Position numbers and translations under genes: made by a program. Below, piece after piece: positions 50,612-60,039 of a stretch of 64,000 nucleotides of DNA; the first letter of the stretch is position 1, and each line of letters starts with the position of its first letter. The notes under the pieces were generated by a model. The model was not told the origin of the DNA, ran no database searches, and saw only the letters and a list, made by a program, of their open reading frames with translations. The stretch comes from an uncultured delta proteobacterium (GTDB lineage Bacteria; Myxococcota_A; Polyangia; Polyangiales; Polyangiaceae). The DNA lies in NCBI GenBank assembly GCA_963716725.1, contig CAVQUB010000034.1, positions 1 to 64,000 of the forward strand, read 5' to 3'.

Positions 50612-51897
50612 AGCTCGACGAGCTCAGCTTCTTCGAGCGCACGCTCGACAGCGGCTTGCGCGCGCTCGTGGTGCCAATGCCCGCGGTGCATCGCGTCGTC
50701 ATCAACGCCCAGCTCCGCACGGGCCCCGCCTACGAACCCGTCGCCGACAACGGCATCAGTCACTTCCTCGAGCACATGCTCTACCGCGGGACGAAGCGCC
50801 ACGCCTCGGCCCACGATCAGGCAGACGCCTTCGAGAGCCTGGGCGGAACGCTCGGCGCTTCGACCTACGTGGACCATGGCTCGATGGCCATCGCCGTGCC
50901 GGTCGAGTCGTTCTCCCGAACGCTGCCCCTCTTCGCCGAGGTGTACCAGGAGCCGCTGTTCAACGACATCGACACCGAGAAGGGCATCGTCAGCGAAGAG
51001 ATCCTCGAGAGCCTCGACGACGACGGCGACCCCGTGGGCGCGGACGAGCTGATCCGCACGCTCTGCTTCGGCGACCATCCTCTGGGCCGGCCCATCGTCG
51101 GCACCGCCGACAACCTCGAGGCGGTCGATCGCGACAAGCTCGCCCGCTATCACGGCAACCTTTACGTCGGACACAACACGGTGATCTGCATCGCCGGTCC
51201 CGTCGACCCTCACGCGGTCCTCGACGCGCTCGCGCACGAGTTCCGAGCAGTGCGCCCGGGGGAACCACCCACCACGCCTCCGCTGGGCGAGCAGCGCGAG
51301 CCGCGCTTTCGCTACATCGACCACGCCGGCAGCCAGACCGAGCTCCGGATCGGCTTCCGCGCACCGCCGGATCTTCACCCCCTCGAGCCGGCTACGGATC
51401 TGCTCCTTCGCGTGCTCGACGACGGCATGTCGACACGCCTGTATCATCGCATCTGCGACGAGAAGGGCCTCTGCTACGACGTGTCCGCCGGCTACGAAGC
51501 CTACGTCGCCGGCGGCATCTTCGATCTCGCCGCCGAGGCCACTCACGAGCGAGCCGAAGAGCTCCTGGCAGAGCTGTTCACTCTCGTGCGAGACATCCGG
51601 GACCACGGTCCGACGGACACCGAACTGGACAAGATCCGCGCACGATTGGGCTGGCACTTCGAATCCATGCTCGACGACCCAGCCGAAATGGCCTCGTTCA
51701 TGGCCACCGGGATCTTGACCCAGGTCGCGCCGCACCTGGCCGAGCGACGCGCGCAGCTCATGTCGGTGAGCAAAGAAGACGTGCGCCGCGCCGCCGAGCA
51801 TGTCTTCGTCGCGTCGGGCATGAGCGTGCTCGTCGTGGGATCGCTCCGAAAGAAAGAGCGCAAGGCGATCGAGCGGGCCGCCCTCGGATTTCGCTGA
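50608..51897 (+). CDS. M16 family zinc peptidase
   Basis: GISHFLEHMLYRGT (HxxEH), EKGIVSEE, HPLGRPIVG, STRLY...EKGLCYDV; GTGA overlap. Confidence 0.92.
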   Translation: MKLDELSFFERTLDSGLRALVVPMPAVHRVVINAQLRTGPAYEPVADNGISHFLEHMLYRGTKRHASAHDQADAFESLGGTLGASTYVDHGSMAIAVPVESFSRTLPLFAEVYQEPLFNDIDTEKGIVSEEILESLDDDGDPVGADELIRTLCFGDHPLGRPIVGTADNLEAVDRDKLARYHGNLYVGHNTVICIAGPVDPHAVLDALAHEFRAVRPGEPPTTPPLGEQREPRFRYIDHAGSQTELRIGFRAPPDLHPLEPATDLLLRVLDDGMSTRLYHRICDEKGLCYDVSAGYEAYVAGGIFDLAAEATHERAEELLAELFTLVRDIRDHGPTDTELDKIRARLGWHFESMLDDPAEMASFMATGILTQVAPHLAERRAQLMSVSKEDVRRAAEHVFVASGMSVLVVGSLRKKERKAIERAALGFR

Positions 51898-51991
51898 GAC
51901 CCGGGCCGGCACCGACGTTTCGGCCTGGGGCCCTCGCCTGCGCGGTGGACCTGGATTGGCCGAACTGGAGCGCTGGGCTAGCTTTGGTGGC

Positions 51992-52456
51992 GTGAACCTG
52001 GTCGACGAGCTGCACGCCATCGCGACGACGCTGAGCCGTGCCGACATCGCCTACGCCATTTGCGGAGGGTTGGCCGTCACTATCCACGGCGCGACCCGCA
52101 CGACCAAGGACATCGACGTGTTGATCGCCCGGGGCGACGTTCAGCGGGCGCTCGAGGCTGTCCGACCGCTGGGATACGCCTTCGCGGCGTTGCCGATGGT
52201 CTTCGAGGCGGGCACGGATCGCGAGCGGCACGTGCAGCGGGTGACGAAGCTCGAGCAAGGGCACGCGCTGGTCCTGGACCTGCTGCTGGCCGACGCATCC
52301 TTCGCGGGATTCCTCGCCGACCGCGTGACGCTCGAATTGCCTCGCGGGAGCCTGACCGTCGTCTCGCGCGAGACCCTGCTCCTGATGAAGCGCCTGGCCG
52401 GACGGCCCCAGGACGTCGCGGACATCTCCAAATTGGAGACCCCCGATGAGCCGTGA
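51992..52456 (+). CDS. Minimal nucleotidyltransferase-fold protein
   Basis: YAICGGLAVTIHGATRTTKDIDV (GG...DxD), LLLMKRLAGRPQDVADI. Confidence 0.8.
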   Translation: MNLVDELHAIATTLSRADIAYAICGGLAVTIHGATRTTKDIDVLIARGDVQRALEAVRPLGYAFAALPMVFEAGTDRERHVQRVTKLEQGHALVLDLLLADASFAGFLADRVTLELPRGSLTVVSRETLLLMKRLAGRPQDVADISKLETPDEP

Positions 52457-52661
52457 ACTCTGCGCCGCCGAGGTCTCCGCGCGGCTCGCGCGCCTCCGAG
52501 AAATGGTCCGCCCCGAGCAAACGAGTGACGTCGCAAGGCGCCTCTCGGCCGACCGCCCGCGTGAGCCTTCGCTGACGGAAGGCGCGACGCGGCGCCTCGA
52601 TGAGCTGCATGAGCTCTCGGCGCTCACCGGCTATCTGCAGCGGCGCGGCTCCAAACCCTGA
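52446..52661 (+). CDS. Small helical protein overlapping the nucleotidyltransferase gene
   Basis: 71-aa ORF with 11-nt overlap, GGAG upstream. Confidence 0.55.
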   Translation: MSRELCAAEVSARLARLREMVRPEQTSDVARRLSADRPREPSLTEGATRRLDELHELSALTGYLQRRGSKP

Positions 52662-52688
52662 GGCGGCGAGCTTCCCCGGGGCGGCAGG

Positions 52689-53357
52689 CTAGGGCACGCG
52701 CTCTTCGATCCCGACCCGCTCGATGCGAGGGAGGACCGCGTCTCCGAAGAGCGCCAAGCGTTCACCCACCGTGGCTTCAGCGCGAGTCCCGAAGGCGCGG
52801 GTCGTGTACAGCGCGGCGTAGCACTGCCCGATGGTGTGTCCGACCGCGACGGCGTAGCCTTCGATCTCTCCGCCTCCGGTCGCGCGACGCACGCCCACGA
52901 CCAGCTCGGTCCGATAGCCGGCGGGCAGATCCAGCTCGCGGCGGTCGACCACCGTCGCGGGCTCAGCCGCGGGGTTCGGGGCCTGAGGGCGCCAGAGCGC
53001 GATTTGCTTTTGACAGTCCTCGCGCCGAGACAGACGCGCGGTGCGCCAGGTCTTGACCGACAGCTCGGACGAGCTGCCGGCGTGCCGCGCGGTCCACCAC
53101 GCTTCGCGCTGAGCTTCGATCTGCCAGTCCTTGCGCTCCGGCAGGGCGATCCTCAGGGAGAAACGCGCCGACTCGACGCTGCCCCAGGCTCGGTCCGCGA
53201 TGCCGACGCGGCTCAGGGGAGCCGGCGCCGGCGCCGGCGGCTGTTCCGGAGGCGCTGCGGGGGGCGGCGAAGCCGCGCAGGCCGAGCCGGCCAACGCCAG
53301 GGGCACGAGCAGACGAGCTATCCAGCTCGCGACTGAGGTCACACGCGCGTCAGCCAC
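52689..53357 (-). CDS. Hypothetical lipoprotein
   Basis: LVPLALAGSAC lipobox, Pro-rich linker; exact start uncertain. Confidence 0.65.
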   Translation of the reverse strand: MADARVTSVASWIARLLVPLALAGSACAASPPPAAPPEQPPAPAPAPLSRVGIADRAWGSVESARFSLRIALPERKDWQIEAQREAWWTARHAGSSSELSVKTWRTARLSRREDCQKQIALWRPQAPNPAAEPATVVDRRELDLPAGYRTELVVGVRRATGGGEIEGYAVAVGHTIGQCYAALYTTRAFGTRAEATVGERLALFGDAVLPRIERVGIEERVP

Positions 53358-54262
53358 TCGGGATGCGAGTCGTCGCTGCCCTTCACGATGTCGAAGTAGC
53401 GAGCCTGCAGCGCCCGGGTGACGGGTCCCATCTGCCCCTCGCCGACGCTGCGGTGGTTCACCTCACGCACCGGAGTGATCTCGGCGGCAGTGCCGGTCAG
53501 GAAGACCTCGTCTGCGAGGTGAAGCTCGTCACGGGTGATGAACTGTTCGGTCACGACCAGACCTTCTTCTCGCGCCAGCGTGATCACCGTGTCCCGAGTG
53601 ATGCCCGCGAGGATGGACGCCGCGAGCGGTGGCGTGATGAGCCTGCCTGCCTTGACGACGAAGATGTTCTCGCCCGAACCCTCGCTCACGTAGCCGTTCA
53701 CGTCGGTCAGGATGGCCTCGTCGAAACCGGCGAGCTTCGCCTCCTGCTTGGCCATCACGCTGTTGATGTACTGCCCAACCAGCTTGCCCTTGGCGAAGGC
53801 GACGTTGATGTGGTGCCGCGAAAAAGAGGACACCATGCAACGGATGCCCTTCTCGAGGGCGTCGGGTCCCAGGTACGTGCCCCACTTCCAAGCGGCGACG
53901 TAGGTCGCGACCGGGTTGTTGGGCGCGTACACGCCCATGGCGCCGTCGGCGATGACCGCCAACGGACGCAGGTAGGCTTGCGTCAGCTGGTTTTCCCGGA
54001 GCACGTCCAAGCAGCCCTGCTCGACCTGTTGGCGGGTGACCTTCGGCTTCATCAAGACGAGGTGACAGGAGTCGAAGAGCCGATCGATGTGCTCGCGCAG
54101 GCGAAAAACTGCCGTCTCGCCCCGCGCGCGCTGGTAGGCGCGAATGCCCTCGAAAGCGCCGACGCCGTAGTGCAGCGTGTGGGTCAGGAGCGACAGGTTG
54201 CCTCCCGACTGCCAGTCGGTGATCTCGCCGTCTTTCCAGAGTTTCTTTCCGTATTCGAGCAT
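53339..54262 (-). CDS. ilvE: Branched-chain amino acid aminotransferase
   Basis: HTLHYGVGAFEGIRAY, FRLREHIDRL, YLRP, AKGKLVGQYINS, SEGSGENIF, ILAGITR, GTAAEITP. Confidence 0.96.
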   Translation of the reverse strand: MLEYGKKLWKDGEITDWQSGGNLSLLTHTLHYGVGAFEGIRAYQRARGETAVFRLREHIDRLFDSCHLVLMKPKVTRQQVEQGCLDVLRENQLTQAYLRPLAVIADGAMGVYAPNNPVATYVAAWKWGTYLGPDALEKGIRCMVSSFSRHHINVAFAKGKLVGQYINSVMAKQEAKLAGFDEAILTDVNGYVSEGSGENIFVVKAGRLITPPLAASILAGITRDTVITLAREEGLVVTEQFITRDELHLADEVFLTGTAAEITPVREVNHRSVGEGQMGPVTRALQARYFDIVKGSDDSHPEWLTRV

Positions 54263-54499
54263 CGAACCTCCCCGGCGGAGCCGGCCCGGACCTTAACGTC
54301 GGGGGCGCCCCCGGTCGAGCGCTCCCGGCCCACCCGGCTCCATTTGGGTGATTTTCGGGATGCGTGTCCGAAACCCTGTGCTATTGAGCCTGCGTCTGGT
54401 GGGCCGGGCTTGGCGACGCACACGCGTCCCGGTCGGGGAAAGAAGCCCAACAGGTGCTACGCGGCGCCAGGTCGGTGCCCGTTGCAGAAGGGACAGACC

Positions 54500-55096
54500 A
54501 TGTATCAGCAGCGCCAGAAGCCTGGCGGAAGTCGCCGGCGCAGGCGAAAGCAACGAGCGGCGGAGCCGCGAGCCGCGGCCGAACCGATCATGATTGCCGC
54601 GCGGCGGCCCAACTCACCGCTCCTCGCCCGAGCGCCCGCCGCGATGTCGGCGGCGCCCCAATCGGTCCGACCCGCGGTGGTCGAACCGGACCAGGACAAG
54701 GCCGCCGAGGCCGAGCGGGAGCCGGTACAGCGCCGCACCGCGCGCATCGTCCAGGTCAGCAAGGCCAGCGCCGACGATCGCGAAAAACAGCGCCTCCGAC
54801 TGCTCGATCGGGTGCTCGGCGCCGAGACCCGCGGCGCCGTCACCCGCGCCGCCGACGAGCTGGCTCGCGAGGGCTTCGAGCTGCCAGCGGAGCAGCCACT
54901 TCAGCTTCAGTTGCTCGATCATTTCGACGAAGACCGGGCGCGCGCGGCCATGGAGGTCTTGAGCGTGTTGGTCGCGAAAGAGCCACCCTTCAAGCGCCCG
55001 ATCATGGACCAACGCCTGCGCCGGTTGGAAGAGTACGCCGAAGATCCGGCGATCCGCGAAGCCGCCGCCGATCTCCGGCGCGCGATTCGGGGCTGA
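54500..55096 (+). CDS. Hypothetical protein with Arg-rich N-terminus
   Basis: ATG 54500 after AAGGGA; helical C-terminal domain. Confidence 0.7.
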   Translation: MYQQRQKPGGSRRRRRKQRAAEPRAAAEPIMIAARRPNSPLLARAPAAMSAAPQSVRPAVVEPDQDKAAEAEREPVQRRTARIVQVSKASADDREKQRLRLLDRVLGAETRGAVTRAADELAREGFELPAEQPLQLQLLDHFDEDRARAAMEVLSVLVAKEPPFKRPIMDQRLRRLEEYAEDPAIREAAADLRRAIRG

Positions 55097-55150
55097 GGCG
55101 CCGCGCCTTCGGCCCACGACGTCTGGGCAGGCGCGCGGAAACGCGCGAGG

Positions 55151-55606
55151 ATGCCTGCCGAGATGCCCCCGCCGAGCGCGCTTCCGCTGGATCTCTCGCC
55201 CCACGACTTCGAGCGCCGTATGCGTGACCTGGTGGCCGACCACGGTCGCCAGCGTGAAAATGAAGGCTGCGTGCAGTGCACGGGCTGCGTGGCGTGCCTG
55301 TCGTGCACCTTCTGCAAGGACTCCGACCGGCTGGTGCGCTGCCACTACTGCGTGAGCTGTCGCGGCTGCACCGACTCGTCTCACTGCCGTGGCTCGAGCG
55401 GGCTCCTGTCGTGCCAGCACTGCATCGAGTGCGAGAGTTGCTCGGGGTCGAGCTACCTGGTGCGGTGCGTGTCGGTCTCTCGCAGCAGCTACTGCTTCGG
55501 CTGCGTCGGCCTTACCGGGAAGGACTTTCACATCCTCAACTCGCCGCTGTCGCGGCAGGACTACTTCACCGTCACGCGCCGGCTCGCGAGGGAGCTACGC
55601 CTTTGA
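55151..55606 (+). CDS. Small Cys-rich protein with CxxC periodicity
   Basis: 18 Cys in an ~80-aa block, ending YCFGCVGL...FHILN. Confidence 0.75.
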   Translation: MPAEMPPPSALPLDLSPHDFERRMRDLVADHGRQRENEGCVQCTGCVACLSCTFCKDSDRLVRCHYCVSCRGCTDSSHCRGSSGLLSCQHCIECESCSGSSYLVRCVSVSRSSYCFGCVGLTGKDFHILNSPLSRQDYFTVTRRLARELRL

Positions 55607-55613
55607 GATCGAG

Positions 55614-55952
55614 ATGGTCGAGCTGAGTGACCCTGCCATCGAGGCGCTCTGGAAGAACTGCCTCGACCACTGGGACGAGGAGAAGGCCCACCTCGCCTTC
55701 GTCGAAGCCTGCCGAGAGCGCGGCAAGCTGGCCGAGGCCGGCGTGCGCTACCGGGGCATGGCGGGCGACCGCGACCGGGCGTTGGAGGCCGAGAAGCGAC
55801 TGAAGGCCATCTTGGCCATCGCCATCGCGTCGCTGGAGGTCACGCGCACGCCCCAGCCGGAGGTAAAGCGTCAGGCCACCACGCTCGCGGTGTTGGTCGT
55901 GTTGGTCGCGGCCACCATCGGCCTGGTCGCGTACATCGCCATCATTCGCTGA
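55614..55952 (+). CDS. Hypothetical protein with C-terminal TM
   Basis: MVELSDPAIEALWKNCLDHWDEEKAH...; hydrophobic C-terminus. Confidence 0.7.
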   Translation: MVELSDPAIEALWKNCLDHWDEEKAHLAFVEACRERGKLAEAGVRYRGMAGDRDRALEAEKRLKAILAIAIASLEVTRTPQPEVKRQATTLAVLVVLVAATIGLVAYIAIIR

Positions 55953-56130
55953 CCTCGCGGATAACGCCCTATAACTTCCACACGTTACGCGGCCACGGGA
56001 ATCTACGGGGAGCCCGCGGGGTTTCGCGACCGCGGGCAAACCTGCTATCGACTAACCGCCCGGGGTGCCCCGCCGTGGCGCGAGCCGCTGCGACGTTTTG
56101 CATTCCATCAAGCAGATCAGGAGAAACGAA

Positions 56131-56670
56131 ATGAGGACAACCCTAGTTGGAGCGTTGCTCGCCAGCCTGGCGCTCGTCGGCTGCGCTGGAGACGAGAAGA
56201 AGCCGCCCACGGCCCCCACCGGAGGAACCGAGGGTTCCGCCACGAATCCCGAGAAGGCCGGCGGCAACGACAAACCCAGCGACAACCCCTCGCAGTCGCA
56301 GATCAACATCTCGGACGAGATCAAGAAGGCCTGTGGCATCGCCGACGCGGACGCCCACTTTGCCTTCGACTCGGCGAACGTACGCGACCAAGACCACAAG
56401 GTCCTGGGGCAGCTCGCCACGTGTTTCACCAGCGGACCGCTCGCAGGACGCGAAATGCGCTTGGCTGGACACGCCGATCCTCGCGGCGAGCCGGAATACA
56501 ACATGGTGCTCGGCGGTAAGCGCGCCGAGAACGTCAAGGGCTTCATCGCCAAGAAGGGCATGAACGGCGACAAGATCTCTACGACTTCGCGCGGAGAAAT
56601 GGACGCCACCGGGACGGATGAGGCCACTTGGACCAAGGACCGCCGCGTCGACGTCGTGCTCGGCGACTGA
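56131..56670 (+). CDS. pal: Peptidoglycan-associated lipoprotein (OmpA-like C-terminal domain)
   Basis: SD AGGAG; LVGC lipobox; HFAFDS, GHADPRGEPEYNMVLGGKRA, SRGE, DRRV. Confidence 0.88.
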   Translation: MRTTLVGALLASLALVGCAGDEKKPPTAPTGGTEGSATNPEKAGGNDKPSDNPSQSQINISDEIKKACGIADADAHFAFDSANVRDQDHKVLGQLATCFTSGPLAGREMRLAGHADPRGEPEYNMVLGGKRAENVKGFIAKKGMNGDKISTTSRGEMDATGTDEATWTKDRRVDVVLGD

Positions 56671-56673
56671 CCC

Positions 56674-57414
56674 ATGATGCTCGCCGCACCCGCTGCCGAC
56701 GTGCAGCTCAACCCCGTCTCGTTGATGCTCGGCTCGTCCGGCGTCGTGCTGGTCGTCTTGCTGCTCTTGATCGTCGCGGCGACGGGAGTCTGGGTGATCT
56801 GGCTGCTCAAGAGCATGCAGCTGCGCCGGCTGCGTTCGGCACAGCATCGCTTCGAGCGCGAGGCGGAGCGCGTGGTGAGCGCCTCGGAGCTGATCTCACT
56901 GGCGCTCAAGCACCGCGAGTCGCCCGGAGGCCGCGTGGTGATGGAGCTCGCCAAGCGCCATCATGCGCCGAACCTCTCGGGTGAGTTGCTGATCGCGGTG
57001 GCCAAGCGGGCCCTCGCCACCGAGCAGCAGCGGGCCTCGACGCTGATGCCGACCCTGTCCAGCATCGCTTCGGCGACGCCCTTCATCGGGCTGTTCGGCA
57101 CGGTCTGGGGCATCATGAACGCGTTCATCAAGATCGGCGTCGAGAAGAGCGCCTCGCTGCCGGTGGTCGCACCGGCCATCGGCGAGGCGCTGATCGCCAC
57201 CGCCTTCGGCCTGGTCGCGGCCATCCCGGCCACCATCGGCTACAACTACGTGGACAAGCGCATCGGCGACCTGATGGAGGAGCTGGCTGCGTCGTCGGAG
57301 GCGTGGGCGGAGACGCTGGCGGCAGACCCCGGAGGCCCAACTGCCGCAATGCCGCTGGTGAAGGAATCGACGCGCCCTCCCGCCGGCGCCGGCGTGGCCC
57401 ACGCCCGAGGCTGA
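56674..57414 (+). CDS. tolQ: TolQ (MotA/TolQ/ExbB) proton channel
   Basis: PFIGLFGTVWGIM, VVAPAIGEALIATAFGL; context. Confidence 0.9.
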   Translation: MMLAAPAADVQLNPVSLMLGSSGVVLVVLLLLIVAATGVWVIWLLKSMQLRRLRSAQHRFEREAERVVSASELISLALKHRESPGGRVVMELAKRHHAPNLSGELLIAVAKRALATEQQRASTLMPTLSSIASATPFIGLFGTVWGIMNAFIKIGVEKSASLPVVAPAIGEALIATAFGLVAAIPATIGYNYVDKRIGDLMEELAASSEAWAETLAADPGGPTAAMPLVKESTRPPAGAGVAHARG

Positions 57415-57417
57415 TGC

Positions 57418-57909
57418 ATGGGCATGCAGGTCGGATCGCGGAAGCGGGGCGGTTTCCGCGACATCAACGTCACGCCACTGGTTGACGTGATGTTGGTGCT
57501 GCTGATCGTGTTCATGGTCACAGCGCCGCTTCTCACCACTGGCCTCCGCATCGACTTGCCCGAGGTGAAAGCCGCCGAGACGCCGGTCAAAGACGCGCGG
57601 CTGCTCCTGACAGTGACCAAAGAAGAGCGCGTGCTCTTCGGAGAGCGGGACGTCACCGGCAAGGTCGCTCAGGCCTTGCGCGAGAGCCAGCGCGTCCAGA
57701 AAGAGCGCGAGCTCTACATTCGCGCTGACAAAGACGCCCGCTACGGCATCGTCGCCGAGGTGGTGGCGGCGGCCCGAAACAGCGGTGTCGAGTCCCTGAA
57801 CCTGCTCGTCCAACCCGAGCTCGAAGAGGCGCCTGACGAGCCAGAAAAGCCGGGAAATCCCCCGGCCGGTGGAATTCCCAAGCCGGGCGCACCGTCTCAG
57901 AAGAAGTGA
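57418..57909 (+). CDS. tolR: TolR (ExbD/TolR)
   Basis: DINVTPLVDVMLVLLIVFMVTAP, IRADK. Confidence 0.9.
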   Translation: MGMQVGSRKRGGFRDINVTPLVDVMLVLLIVFMVTAPLLTTGLRIDLPEVKAAETPVKDARLLLTVTKEERVLFGERDVTGKVAQALRESQRVQKERELYIRADKDARYGIVAEVVAAARNSGVESLNLLVQPELEEAPDEPEKPGNPPAGGIPKPGAPSQKK

Positions 57910-57913
57910 GAGC

Positions 57914-58744
57914 ATGACGCGCGCCCAGGCCCTTCCGAGCTTCACCCCGATGGAGGTCGGGGTCGCGGTGGCGGCGGCGTCGATGATCCAAGCCTTCTTC
58001 TTCATCCTGCTCATCGCAGCGGGAAAGCCCCGGGTCGAGATCCAAGCCAAAGAGGAGATCGTGCCCCGAGAGTTTCCCATGGCCGTGAAGCCGGTGCTCG
58101 ACGACGCGCCGCTGCTCAAGTTGGGCGGCAAGAAGATGAGGCCCAAGCTGCCCGACATGTGGAAGAAGCTCGCCCCGACTCCGATCCAGCGCTTCGAGGA
58201 GAAGAGCGCGCCGAGCGAGAAAGCCAAGGACGATCCGAAAGCCGCCCCGACGAGCTCCGTCGCGACGGGCGACGCCGCCGCGCCGCCCCCGGACGCCGAT
58301 CTCGCCAAGCAGGTAGATCCCGCGCTCCAGGACCTCGACGCCGCCGTCGCCACCACCGATCCCGAGGTGGAGGGACCGGGCGCACCTGACGGCGTCAAAG
58401 AAGGCACCGAGACGGACCCGCTCAAGGCGCGCGCCGTCGATCAGTACAAGATGAAGGTGCTGGGCTGGTTCAACTCGCGCTTCAAGCAGCCGGTGGGGCA
58501 GATCCCCTGCGAGGAGCTGCGCAAGCTCTCGGCCTCGGTGAGCGCGAGCGTGAGCACCGACGGCACGGTGACGGGCTACAGCATGACGCGCCCAAGCGGC
58601 AACGCGGCCTTCGACGCCAAGGTGAAGGCCACCATGGCTGGCATCGTCGGCCAGCAGCTGCCTCCGCCCCCGCCCTTGTACCCGGGCATCTTGGGTTCTA
58701 CGGTGCAACCGACTTTTTCTGGTAGAGGCGCCAAATGCGATTGA
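57914..58744 (+). CDS. TolA/TonB-like energy transducer
   Basis: N-terminal TM, Pro/Lys-rich linker, C-terminal SGNAAFD (TonB_2-like); between tolR and tolB. Confidence 0.8.
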   Translation: MTRAQALPSFTPMEVGVAVAAASMIQAFFFILLIAAGKPRVEIQAKEEIVPREFPMAVKPVLDDAPLLKLGGKKMRPKLPDMWKKLAPTPIQRFEEKSAPSEKAKDDPKAAPTSSVATGDAAAPPPDADLAKQVDPALQDLDAAVATTDPEVEGPGAPDGVKEGTETDPLKARAVDQYKMKVLGWFNSRFKQPVGQIPCEELRKLSASVSASVSTDGTVTGYSMTRPSGNAAFDAKVKATMAGIVGQQLPPPPPLYPGILGSTVQPTFSGRGAKCD

Positions 58745-60033
58745 TTTTCCGCTGGGTCGTCGCGCTCTCGATCGTGAGCGCGACCGCCGCCGCACAAGAA
58801 TCGAAACCCGACGAGAGCGCGCTCGGGGAGTTCGTCGTCACCGGCTCGGGCACGTCGGAGCACGTGCCCAAGATCGCAGTCCTGCCTTCGCTGTCGCCGG
58901 ACATGGCGGACGTCGTGGTGCGCGGCACGGTTCGCCGCAACTTCGAGCTGACCGGTCTCTACGACGTGATCGCGGACGCGAAGGCTCCACTCGGCCTCTA
59001 CGGCTTCGACGACGCGGTGGAGGTGGACGCTTGGAAGAAGCTCGGCGCCGAGGCCATCGTCAAGGCGGCCGCCCGCAAGCACAGCTCGGGCAAGATCGAG
59101 GTCTTCGGGCTCGCCTACTTTCTGAATGTCGGCAAAGAGCCGGTCTTCGAGAAGAAGCTCCTGGTCGAAGCGAAAGACGTGCGCGTCACGGCGCATCGGA
59201 TCACGGACGCTTTGCTCGGCGCCCTGACCGGTCGCCCCGGCGGCTTCGCCAGCCACTTTGTCTACAGCGGGCGTTGGGGCACCAAGAGCTACCGCATCTT
59301 CAGCATGGACGCGGACGGTCACGACCTCAAACCCATCAGCGACGGCAACGACACCGCCATCGCGCCGACCTGGGGTCCAAACCAACAGATCTTCTACGGG
59401 GTTTCGAAGAACTACTCGCCCTTCCGACTGATGCGCTTCGACGGCTCGACGCACGAACGAGTGAACGTGCCGTACAAGACCAGCGTCTACAGCGTCGCCT
59501 TCGACAAGACGCACTCCAAGATGGCCATCGCCGTCGCCGACTCGACCGGCAGCGCCATCTACGTCGGCAAGCCCGATGGCAGCGAGATGAAGAAGGTCAG
59601 CACCAGCCAGTACGCCACGCACCCCGTCTTCAGTCCCTCGGGCAAGCTCGCCTGGATCGGCGGCGGCAAGACCAAGGGCGGCCAGCGCGTATACGTGGAG
59701 GACAAGGCCGTCTCGCCGGCAGGATTCACCGCCGGCGCCCCGGCCTTCTGCGACACGGAGGACGGCATCCGGCTGGTCTACTCCGTCTCGGTAGGTGGCA
59801 ATCGCCACGACCTGGTGATGAGTGCCGAGAAGGGCGGCGGCGTGCAGCGGCTGACCCAGAACCAAGGCTCCAACAGCTCTCCGGCGTGCAGCCCGGACGG
59901 GCGTCTGCTCGCGTTCTTCTCGACGCGCAAGAAGCCCGGGACCTACTTCATGAGCCTCAAGCGCTGGCGCACCCAGCAGCTCAACGGTCAGGTCGGCGAG
60001 TCACTGCGCTGGGAAGCACTGCCGCCACCCTGA
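58735..60033 (+). CDS. tolB: TolB beta-propeller protein
   Basis: Signal peptide; TolB_N-like region (AHRITD...TG); PD40-like repeats APTWGP, PVFSPSG, PACSPDG. Confidence 0.88.
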   Translation: MRLIFRWVVALSIVSATAAAQESKPDESALGEFVVTGSGTSEHVPKIAVLPSLSPDMADVVVRGTVRRNFELTGLYDVIADAKAPLGLYGFDDAVEVDAWKKLGAEAIVKAAARKHSSGKIEVFGLAYFLNVGKEPVFEKKLLVEAKDVRVTAHRITDALLGALTGRPGGFASHFVYSGRWGTKSYRIFSMDADGHDLKPISDGNDTAIAPTWGPNQQIFYGVSKNYSPFRLMRFDGSTHERVNVPYKTSVYSVAFDKTHSKMAIAVADSTGSAIYVGKPDGSEMKKVSTSQYATHPVFSPSGKLAWIGGGKTKGGQRVYVEDKAVSPAGFTAGAPAFCDTEDGIRLVYSVSVGGNRHDLVMSAEKGGGVQRLTQNQGSNSSPACSPDGRLLAFFSTRKKPGTYFMSLKRWRTQQLNGQVGESLRWEALPPP

Positions 60034-60039
60034 GCGCGA

